A stretch of DNA of 64,000 nucleotides from Desulfuromonadales bacterium. GTDB lineage: Bacteria > Desulfobacterota > Desulfuromonadia > Desulfuromonadales > JAGXHI01. Below, piece after piece: positions 26,659-34,529 of the stretch. Within the stretch, counting starts at the first letter, position 1. Every line of letters starts with the position of its first letter. The stretch is taken from positions 7,647 through 71,646 of the forward strand of contig JAGXHI010000042.1 in the NCBI GenBank assembly GCA_024636295.1, in the 5' to 3' direction. Position numbers and translations under genes: made by a program. Under the pieces are notes generated by a model. The model was not told the DNA's origin. It was given only the letters and a program-made list of their open reading frames with translations, and ran no database searches.

Positions 26659-27717
26659 TCACAGGAAGTCTCTGGCGATAATTTCCGCCAGTTCTTCCCC
26701 GGCGATTCTGTTTCCCAGCCGATTCCAATGGGCCCCATCACGGACTCTGACGATTTCCCCATTGGCTTCGGCCTGCTCCACACGCATCGATACGGACGGA
26801 TATGCGATGAAACCGGCTTTGCCGGCAAGGGATTGCCAAATTCGGAGTTCCTCCGGATCGTCGCTGCTCGCGGAAAAAGTCACAAGTTTCGTGGTGGGGG
26901 GGAGAGCCCTCTTCATTTCCGACATGAGAAATTGAGTGGTCACGACAGATGCGTCTTTTTGCGCGGCGATCTCTGCCTTTTGCTCTGGCGACCGGGCAGG
27001 GGCGAGCCCGTTGTATGCCTGGTAGGGCGGTGGGTAATAGCTGTTGTAGATTTTGTATTGCGCCGTGGATACCAAGGCATCGAGCGTCCTGAACAGCCTG
27101 GAGTATCTATGGAGAAGGATGTAGAGCTTATCTGCCGATAGCCTGTACCGGATCTCGCCGTCAACCCGGTAAGGACGAAAATTTTTCTGGCTGCGCGTAA
27201 TGCTCGGCCCCTCCAGGAAATAACTGTTATTGATAATATCGTTGTCGCAGTACTGCAGCACAAAAATGTCCGGCTTGATCTTCTTCGCAAATTCCTGGAC
27301 CAGCATCAGTTCCTGGAGCGTGCCGAACCCGCCCCCGCCGATGGCGAAGACTTCGACGGGCAGTTCTTTTTGGACGACACCGAAATACGCGTCCTGGTCC
27401 GAGGTGTTGGGGTCCCCCGTCCAGGAGTCGCCCACGAACAGAATGCGTTTTTTCTCGTTTCCGAGGTCGCCGAAAGCCCTGAAGCCGAATTCATTGGTCG
27501 AATAATCCGCGACATATTTTTCACCCGACTGATCGATCACCGGGATTCGGCTGGCGAAATTCCCCTTTGGCCGCCAGCCCAGGGCGGAATCGTATTCATA
27601 GACCACCGTCACCCCGAGCCATCGGGCCATCAACTCCCCCAATAGCAGCAGGGTGATGGCAAAGATCATCGTGGCTGCCGTGATGTACTTGATCTCCTGC
27701 CGCTTCATTTCTCCCAT
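26659..27717 (-). CDS. membrane-anchored SGNH/GDSL-family protein
   Basis: An N-terminal TM segment, then ILFVGDSWTG (block I), FAIGGGGFG and QYCDNDIIN. The exact start (27747, 27717 or 27708) is unresolved. Confidence 0.78.
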   Translation of the reverse strand: MGEMKRQEIKYITAATMIFAITLLLLGELMARWLGVTVVYEYDSALGWRPKGNFASRIPVIDQSGEKYVADYSTNEFGFRAFGDLGNEKKRILFVGDSWTGDPNTSDQDAYFGVVQKELPVEVFAIGGGGFGTLQELMLVQEFAKKIKPDIFVLQYCDNDIINNSYFLEGPSITRSQKNFRPYRVDGEIRYRLSADKLYILLHRYSRLFRTLDALVSTAQYKIYNSYYPPPYQAYNGLAPARSPEQKAEIAAQKDASVVTTQFLMSEMKRALPPTTKLVTFSASSDDPEELRIWQSLAGKAGFIAYPSVSMRVEQAEANGEIVRVRDGAHWNRLGNRIAGEELAEIIARDFL

Positions 27718-27807
27718 CTCAAAATTTAGCTGTTTGCGTCGCCACAATACACCAGGCCCTTGAGAAAATACAAGAATTGCAAGGGAAAAGAAAAAGGGGA
27801 AAGTGCC

Positions 27808-27839
27808 AAAAAAAGAGGGCGGGGGACAAGCCCCCGCCC
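27808..27839 (-). terminator. strong intrinsic terminator after the 12-haem cytochrome gene
   Basis: The minus strand reads GGGCGGGGG-CTTGT-CCCCCGCCC followed by TCTTTTTTT. Confidence 0.85.
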
Positions 27840-27882
27840 GATTTCAGGGCATTCAATAGGATCGATGAACAGTACTTCTTTC

Positions 27883-30213
27883 CTACGGCCTGGTCAGACC
27901 AGTGGTGTCCCCATCGAGATCCGTGATGGCGTCGAACATGACCTGGCGAGCAAACCGGCTGTTGTGTGCCCATGAGCCACCATGACCGTGCACGCCATTC
28001 GGGCCGTGAACAGCGCCGTCTTCGTACGTGAAGATTTTCCAGGCGGTGGCCGCCTTGGCAGCCGCGAGGCTCGGACCGACATTAGTACGGCCTTCGAGAT
28101 AGGTGGCCAGCATTTCCAGCCGCGTAGCATCGTCGGCAGCGCCTTGCAGATCATCGATGAAGGTCTGCAGCGGGGGATACAGGTCGGCCGTTCCATCAGC
28201 CGTCAGGTAGACCCCCAAAAGGGTTTCGAGGAGACGTACGCTGAAGGCCTCGGTGCGAGCCTGGAGGGCAGAGGCATCGGCAAAGGCACCTGCCTGGTGG
28301 CAACCTGCGCAGTCGGCGCTGGTGACCATCTTGTTCTGGACGACGTTGTTGCCGTCGGTGTCGTGAACATTGTGGCAAGTGACGCAGCCGAAATCGGCAG
28401 CCGCGGTTCCCGCTACAGCGCCGCCGCCATGCACGAACTTGCCGGCATAGGTACCGTCATAGGTGGGTACCATGCCGGACTCGTCACCAAAGAGAGTGGC
28501 GAAGCCCGGAGCATAGTGCAGGTACGCGAATGTACGATTCTCCGTTCCAACATAGACTTCGTCGATATCGTCCCCATTCAGGTCGTCTTCGTATTCGTTG
28601 ACCAGGAGGGCTTCATCCGCGGGGGTCGGAGCCGGGGTGCGTCCTTTGTGGCATTCGAAACAGATCTGGTTCACACCGAGATCGGCAACGTCAACAACAA
28701 CTCCACTGTTGAAGGCAAACTCATGCCCTTCGGCAAAGGCTCGCACCGCGGTGGGATCTCCGAGAACCGGATTTCCTTCTGCATCCTGTCCAACCTGCTC
28801 CAGCTCATGGCAGGTGCGGCAGGAGATGGGATCGGTAGTGCGGGCAGTAGGCATCGATCCGCCGCGTACCCAGGTTACGAAGGATTCCTGGCCGTTATGG
28901 CAGGGCTGGCAGCCGTGACCCAGGGCATCGCCGAGGTAATTGGTGTGGAAATCGCCAATGCCTTCGGCGAAGCTGGCGGCCTGTGCGGAACCGCCTTCAC
29001 CTTCCACCTTGTTGGCGCTGTGCGGATCGTGGCAGACGGTACAGGCGTCCGGGTTGGCGGCGTTGATGTTGTAGCCGGCCACCTCAACGTCGGTCACAGC
29101 AACAGGATCGATCTGAGTTTCGTCTTCTTCAACGGCGGCGATACGGCCGACGACCTGTCCGGCAAAGTGGGTGTCGGAGAAATTGCGACCGCCGTGCGGG
29201 GTGTTGTCATGGTAGAAAACCTGGGTCTCATAGACCACGCGAGGGGTCTCGCGCAGGGTCCCGTCCGCATTGTAGAACGGGGTCAGTTCGACTTCCTTGA
29301 AGGTCGAGGTGTCGGCATCCACAAGGCTGGTGGCGCTGTAAGCGTCGGTCAGCTCGTACTCGTACAGCCCCTCATGCTCCAAGGAGGGAGTTGGATTCAG
29401 ATCGATCATGTGGCAGCTGGTGCAGAGATTGAACTCGGCCGAGTAGACGACGACGCCGTCGGCATCAACGGTGTCTTCCGTACGCAGATCGGCTTTGTGC
29501 GGGTCATGGCAGGTGTTGCACTGCATGTCCAGGAGGCCTGTTTCTGGCTCCATCGACCAGAAAGGAACGGTATCGATGGAGTATTCTTCAAACAACTGCT
29601 GCACGCTGATCTTGCGGCCCGACTCGATGTTGAAGACGCCGCCCTGATGGCTGTGACAGGCTGCGCAGAACCCGCCGCCGTGGTCGCTGTTGCCATGGCC
29701 GCTGGCGGCATAGCGGGAGTAGATCTGCTCATTGAACGGATGATGGTCCAGGTGAGCCAGTTCACCCTCGCCATTGTGGCACTGGCCGCATACAGCGGCA
29801 GTGGGCGCCGTATTGGCGACTTCTTCCTGCAGAGGCAGATTGGCGTGATTGCTGCCGGCGCCATGGCAGTCTTCACAACCGACAACCGTGCCCGTGGGGG
29901 TGACACCGAAGGCCGGCCCGATCTCGTTCATGGCGCCGGAGGGGTTGTGACAAGCGGTCGCACAGCTGGCGATCGAATGACTCGAGTTCATCGCATGCTT
30001 GCTATCCACCCATTCCGTAGCCGCCGTACTCGTCCCGTGGCAGGTCGAACAAGCCAGCAGGCCTGCTTGCTCCGCGGCGGGCAGCTGGAAATCCTGGCCG
30101 GGCTGGCCATCGATTCCGTCGTCTCCATCATCGCCCGAACATCCGGCCAATGCCAGCGTACACGCCAGCAGACCGAAAACGAGCAAACGAAGCCATTTCC
30201 TTCCTTCTCTCAT
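27883..30213 (-). CDS. multihaem c-type cytochrome lipoprotein, 12 CxxCH plus 1 CxxxCH
   Basis: Lipobox LALAGC. I counted 12 CxxCH motifs (CSTCH, CEDCH, CGQCH, CAACH, CNTCH, CTSCH, CTVCH, CQPCH, CRTCH, CFECH, CVTCH, CAGCH) plus CATACH. A short GDDGDDGIDGQPGQD tract follows the lipid Cys. Confidence 0.92.
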   Translation of the reverse strand: MREGRKWLRLLVFGLLACTLALAGCSGDDGDDGIDGQPGQDFQLPAAEQAGLLACSTCHGTSTAATEWVDSKHAMNSSHSIASCATACHNPSGAMNEIGPAFGVTPTGTVVGCEDCHGAGSNHANLPLQEEVANTAPTAAVCGQCHNGEGELAHLDHHPFNEQIYSRYAASGHGNSDHGGGFCAACHSHQGGVFNIESGRKISVQQLFEEYSIDTVPFWSMEPETGLLDMQCNTCHDPHKADLRTEDTVDADGVVVYSAEFNLCTSCHMIDLNPTPSLEHEGLYEYELTDAYSATSLVDADTSTFKEVELTPFYNADGTLRETPRVVYETQVFYHDNTPHGGRNFSDTHFAGQVVGRIAAVEEDETQIDPVAVTDVEVAGYNINAANPDACTVCHDPHSANKVEGEGGSAQAASFAEGIGDFHTNYLGDALGHGCQPCHNGQESFVTWVRGGSMPTARTTDPISCRTCHELEQVGQDAEGNPVLGDPTAVRAFAEGHEFAFNSGVVVDVADLGVNQICFECHKGRTPAPTPADEALLVNEYEDDLNGDDIDEVYVGTENRTFAYLHYAPGFATLFGDESGMVPTYDGTYAGKFVHGGGAVAGTAAADFGCVTCHNVHDTDGNNVVQNKMVTSADCAGCHQAGAFADASALQARTEAFSVRLLETLLGVYLTADGTADLYPPLQTFIDDLQGAADDATRLEMLATYLEGRTNVGPSLAAAKAATAWKIFTYEDGAVHGPNGVHGHGGSWAHNSRFARQVMFDAITDLDGDTTGLTRP

Positions 30214-30397
30214 TCTTTTACTCCTTAAAAAAGAGGGTGTTGAAATCGCCGGGTGAGCAGGTGATTCCGTGGCAGACTACCCGGCAAAGTCTTTAGTTTG
30301 AAACCGCCACTGACCCATTCAGCAGCAGTTCCATGCCATAGCCAAAATTCAGAGGCGGCACAACCGGCCCTCCTCTATCGATAAAGTAAATAACGTC

Positions 30398-31453
30398 CTA
30401 CTCCAAAGATCCGCTGTGCGGATGATGGCAGCTGGTGCAGGCTTCCTCATCGGCCGCATTGATGCCATAGCCGGAAATACCGTCGGCGGGGCTGGCAAAA
30501 TGCGTGTCCCAGATCAGCAGGCTGTTAGGGTCGTCCAGGGGGTTGCCCGCTGTGCCATGAAACGGTAGCCGCGCCCTATCGAGTTCATAGGTGAAGGCCT
30601 GGGAGACTGCGTCAAAATCAGCCGTCAAAAAGACCTGATGGCAGGTTGTACAGAGATTGAACTGCCGAGAATACTGCACGACAGTCGCACCGTCCGGAAC
30701 GGCAGTAGTCGCCGTCGACCGCAGTTCGCCCGAGTGGCTGTCGTGACAGGTCCGGCACTGCACCGTCGACGGATCTGCCGGCGGAGTGGCGCCTGCCAGG
30801 ACAGCGCTTATCTGACTGGCGGTAAATCCGGCCGTATCTTGCGCGAAGCGGCGGAAGCCCTCATCGGAATGGCAACGGCTGCAGACCGCGAAGGCCCTCC
30901 CCTGCAGTGTGGCTGCGTGAACTCCAGATGTATAATCTTCCAGAATCCCATTGGCGAATTCTCCCGCATGCGCGGCAGGTCCGGAGGGCAGACTGGTGTG
31001 ACATTCTCCGCATAGTTTGAAATCCGGGGTTGGCCGCGGCAGCGGCCCGACGCCGAAGTGTTCGCCGCCAGCGCCATGGCAGGATTCACAGCTGATCGCA
31101 GCCAAGCCGTTTTCGGGGACATTTACCGGGTCGATGAAACCCTCCAGAATCACCCCGTCGCCAAGAGGGTCATGGCAGTTCAGACAGAAAGCGGAAGAGG
31201 CCGCGTTGATGGCGGTGCTGTGAATAACATGCGGACTGCCGAGGTAGGCATCGACCTGTTCAGCGTCGATACCCAGACCGTCATGACAGCTGATGCAGCG
31301 GTCGGAGCCTATATAGCCGATTCCGTTTTCATCGACCCCCAGAAATTCCGGCCCGAGATCCACCCCGTCCTCATCCGAGCGACTGCTGCCGCAGGCGGTC
31401 AGGGCGAGGATCATTCCGGCCAGAAGAATCAAGCGTAGTGTTCCATGATGCAT
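30398..31453 (-). CDS. octahaem c-type cytochrome lipoprotein
   Basis: Start moved to MHHGTLRLILLAGMILALTAC (ATG at 31453) because the track ORF overlaps the upstream gene. It has 8 CxxCH motifs. Confidence 0.9.
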   Translation of the reverse strand: MHHGTLRLILLAGMILALTACGSSRSDEDGVDLGPEFLGVDENGIGYIGSDRCISCHDGLGIDAEQVDAYLGSPHVIHSTAINAASSAFCLNCHDPLGDGVILEGFIDPVNVPENGLAAISCESCHGAGGEHFGVGPLPRPTPDFKLCGECHTSLPSGPAAHAGEFANGILEDYTSGVHAATLQGRAFAVCSRCHSDEGFRRFAQDTAGFTASQISAVLAGATPPADPSTVQCRTCHDSHSGELRSTATTAVPDGATVVQYSRQFNLCTTCHQVFLTADFDAVSQAFTYELDRARLPFHGTAGNPLDDPNSLLIWDTHFASPADGISGYGINAADEEACTSCHHPHSGSLE

Positions 31454-31499
31454 TAATCTATCCTCCAGGACATTGCCGGTCTGGCGCGGCCGGTGAAAA

Positions 31500-32351
31500 T
31501 CAGTGGCACCTGCGGCAGGTCTTACCGTTGGTGGCGTCTTCCAGACGGTCTGCCCGATCCCCCCATCCCCTGCCGTGGGGATTGAAACCAGGGCTCCCCC
31601 CCCTGTCACTGTGACACCGCAGGCAGACGTCGCCGTCGGGATGACAGGCCTGGCAGGTCGCCAGGTTCTTGCGCGCCTCGCGTTTATGGTCGCCGGCCCA
31701 GGTATGGAAGTCGGGGGCGACGGAGCCGGGGGTGTGGCAGGCATCGCAATTGGCGGTAACATCAATGGGGATTCCCGCGGACCCTTCGATTTCGGGATGG
31801 GCGGCGACCCCCATCGTCAAGCCGAGGTCGAAGGTGCGACGGTGCGACGGACCGCTGGACCGACCGGCTCTGAAATCGTTGTGGCAATCACTGCAGAAAC
31901 GGGCCTCGTGGCAGCTGGAGCACAGCTGTGGATCGGTGCGTGCGGCGATCGGATGGGTGATGTGGAAATCCGAGCGGTGCACGTTGATCATGTTGTTGCC
32001 CCATTCGCCGAATTCGTCGGCCGGTCGCGACTTGTGGCACTGCAGACAGTCGACCTGCTGATGGCAGGCGGCGCAATCGAAATCGCTCATCTTGGCAAAG
32101 GGCCGATGATTGAGCGCCCAGACGGGACCGTGGGTCTTCAGGCCGGGGAATTCAATCTCTTTCAAGAATTCCTGCTCATGACATTCGAGGCAAACTGCGG
32201 TATCGGGAACAATCGTTTCCGTCCCTTCCACATGACAGGTGGCGCAGGACATATCGGCCAGAATCTCGAGATGCGTCTCGTGATCGAAGGTTATCGCCAC
32301 GGCGGGGATGGCCCAAACCGATAGGGTCAAAAGAAATAACAGACGCTTCAT
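31500..32351 (-). CDS. periplasmic decahaem c-type cytochrome (cytochrome c3-like packing)
   Basis: Signal peptide MKRLLFLLTLSVWAIPAVA|IT with no lipobox. It has 10 CxxCH motifs in about 283 aa, the last at the extreme C-terminus (CRRCH). Confidence 0.9.
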   Translation of the reverse strand: MKRLLFLLTLSVWAIPAVAITFDHETHLEILADMSCATCHVEGTETIVPDTAVCLECHEQEFLKEIEFPGLKTHGPVWALNHRPFAKMSDFDCAACHQQVDCLQCHKSRPADEFGEWGNNMINVHRSDFHITHPIAARTDPQLCSSCHEARFCSDCHNDFRAGRSSGPSHRRTFDLGLTMGVAAHPEIEGSAGIPIDVTANCDACHTPGSVAPDFHTWAGDHKREARKNLATCQACHPDGDVCLRCHSDRGGSPGFNPHGRGWGDRADRLEDATNGKTCRRCH

Positions 32352-32381
32352 ATCCAGGCTCCTTATCATCAATCGATTCCC

Positions 32382-33596
32382 TTAAAAGTAGATATTCAGG
32401 CGCACGCGGCCGCGGTAGTACTCGTCCCACAGGTCGCTCTCGACTCTCTCTACTTTTCCCTGGACGTTTATCGTCTTGCTCAGGAACAAGGTGCCGTCGG
32501 CCCAGATGCGGCTGCTGGTGGTCTCGTCGTCATCATCGTCGAGGCGGCGCTCCAGCACGTCAATATGGGCTCCGACTCCGGCTTCAATGCTCTGCCCGAA
32601 GAGGTAGGCTGCACGAACCTTCAAGCCCTGCAGATCCTGGCCCTCCTCGTCATCCCGATAGGTCCCCACCAGATAGCCGGAGAAACGCTCGCTTCGGATT
32701 TTCTCGATCCCCGCTTCGAAAACATTGGCATCGTCGAAAGACTGATAGATTTCACGCGAAACCCGGCCGAAGACGCGCAGACGGGGATCGATACGATAGG
32801 TAAGCTCCGCCATCACCTCCTGGTACTCGTCAACGGCGAAAACGGAATAGATGCTGGTTGCGGAGAAGACAGGAAGACTGTACAGGTATTCGGTCCGCAG
32901 GGACCACTTCGGACTACCGTGATATCTGAAACCACCCAGGAAGTAACTGACGCGATCCTCGAGCCAGTCATATTGCGCCTCGGAGTAAAGCTGCATCAGA
33001 TTTTTGAAATCATAGGCGGCATCCAAACCGATCAGTCTGTTGCCGACATCGCCGTCGTCCCACTTCTGAAGATAGGAGACCCCAAGGTTCAGACTGGTCA
33101 GGAAATGTCCGGAAACCTCAATGCCGGCGACCACGTCCTCGGCATTGTAGCCCTCATAAAAGGAGACGTCGCCGCCGCCGAACAGTTCGACCTCCAATGG
33201 CCCGAGTTCGCGATAATTGAGCCGGATGCCGTCCATCAAGGAGGCGCCGGCGGTAGTGGAGATAAACTGCCGACCCAGACGGAAATCCAGATTTTTCAGC
33301 AGATCGTTCTTTTCCAGATAGGCATAGAACAATTCGCTGTCGACATCGACTTCGTCGGCGAGATCATCAGCCAGACGACCATAACATCTGAAGTGCAGGC
33401 CTTCGATCCCAAGATCCTGCACGTTGAGCAGCAGGTACTGGTAGACAGGTACTGCCGTATTCTCGTCGGAATCATCAAACCATTCCAATTCCGTGCTGGA
33501 CCGTCCGGACACCGTGGCGCCGATCGCGACGCCGACCGGCCACAGGGCCAGAAGGGCCATGGCAGTGCAGAAGGAAATCCGCCGCCAGATTTTCAT
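32382..33596 (-). CDS. outer-membrane porin-like beta-barrel (putative cytochrome conduit sheath)
   Basis: Signal peptide ending AIG|AT, an amphipathic strand pattern throughout, and a C-terminal RVRLNIYF (terminal Phe). It ends 9 nt upstream of the decahaem gene. Confidence 0.85.
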   Translation of the reverse strand: MKIWRRISFCTAMALLALWPVGVAIGATVSGRSSTELEWFDDSDENTAVPVYQYLLLNVQDLGIEGLHFRCYGRLADDLADEVDVDSELFYAYLEKNDLLKNLDFRLGRQFISTTAGASLMDGIRLNYRELGPLEVELFGGGDVSFYEGYNAEDVVAGIEVSGHFLTSLNLGVSYLQKWDDGDVGNRLIGLDAAYDFKNLMQLYSEAQYDWLEDRVSYFLGGFRYHGSPKWSLRTEYLYSLPVFSATSIYSVFAVDEYQEVMAELTYRIDPRLRVFGRVSREIYQSFDDANVFEAGIEKIRSERFSGYLVGTYRDDEEGQDLQGLKVRAAYLFGQSIEAGVGAHIDVLERRLDDDDDETTSSRIWADGTLFLSKTINVQGKVERVESDLWDEYYRGRVRLNIYF

Positions 33597-34241
33597 GTTG
33601 CCTCCGTGATTAAAACTACATCGGTCACTGAAAGTTAAAAAATTCAGGCTTCACGTTTCGGACCGGATGCGACACAACGATAAAAATACGAGATCTATAT
33701 CAAATTTAACGGGAAAAGTGAAATAAAAAAAATTTTCTTGTTGTCATCCAGGAGGAAAACAGGCTGCATGTTTCACGCCCAAGGGGAGATTACAACACCA
33801 GCGTGAAAATATACTAAAAAAATACTGCGGGAGCAAGGTTCAATCTTTCCTTTCTGTTAAACAACTGTATCTGAATCGCAATTTTCTTCACAAGACAATT
33901 CTGCAAATAAATTGGCCGCCTTTAATTTCTATTGCAGTTTATACTGGGAATAAATCATCTCTGCGGTCCGTTCCCTTTCCACCTCGACAGCCTGTTTGCA
34001 GAAAAGCACCTTGCCGGCATTTTTTTCAGGGGCCGCCAGGGCACCCCCCGTAAACCTCAAAGTACGACTTCAGGGCTTCTGCGCCCTGTCAATTTTCCAC
34101 CGCCTGGCGGCGCTCCGAAGACCACGCCGAGGAGATCGTCTTTGCACAAAATCCGCACGGGCCGCAAAAAGAGGATCGGATTATTTGGTCGGGTTATTAA
34201 AAAGGGGGGAAATACAAAGAACACACGAGTTCATATCGGAG

Positions 34242-34258
34242 AGCAGTTAATGTGCCAA
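34242..34258 (-). promoter_or_regulatory. candidate sigma-54 (-24/-12) promoter
   Basis: The minus strand reads TTGGCAC-ATTAA-CTGCT with GG-N10-GC spacing. It lies about 645 nt upstream of the barrel gene start, and no ORF of 60 aa or more lies between them. Confidence 0.4.
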
Positions 34259-34446
34259 AACCGGCAAAACTCAGGAATTCACCTTATGTGGACCGAAGGC
34301 TTTGAAATCACAATGGCCTTGGAAATCAGTAGAGAAAGCGTCTGTCCATGATCATTGCCAATCCGCTGGTTTTTCAGCCATCCCCCCTTCAGGTACCGCC
34401 AAATAACTGAATCCGGCTGCGCCATTTCCCCACCGCTCCATAAAAG

Positions 34447-34518
34447 GACGCAAAAAAGGCGAACCCCGAAAGGCCCGCCTTATCATTCGAGAGGCGAGGT
34501 GGGCCGAAGCCCACCTCG
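34447..34518 (-). terminator. two hairpins after the decahaem gene; the second is followed by a T-run
   Basis: The minus strand has CGAGGTGGGC-TTCG-GCCCACCTCG, then AAGGCGGGCCTTTCGGGGTTCGCCTTTTTT. Confidence 0.7.
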
Positions 34519-34529
34519 GATTACTTCCC

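Noticed and set aside
27982-30228. A 748-aa plus-strand ORF, and similar long ORFs at 3339-4241(-), 10923-12110(+), 32565-33638(+), 35085-36260(+), 41090-42304(-), 44072-45931(-), 48021-49523(-), 54189-55142(-), 57018-57995(-), 59474-60991(-) and 61237-62352(-).
   Set aside because: Each lies antisense to, or out of frame with, a gene that has clear family motifs. The translations are low-complexity (rich in R, G, A and P) with no recognisable domains. Long shadow ORFs like these are expected in high-GC DNA.
33597-34529. A GEMM-I (c-di-GMP/cGAMP) riboswitch upstream of the cytochrome conduit operon, as is common in Geobacter.
   Set aside because: I read the minus strand through the whole region and did not find the conserved GGCAAACC...GNRA...GACGCAAAGC...GGTAGC arrangement. 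The GGACGCAAAAAAGGCG at 34447-34462 is on the wrong strand and belongs to a terminator hairpin. A covariance-model scan is still needed.
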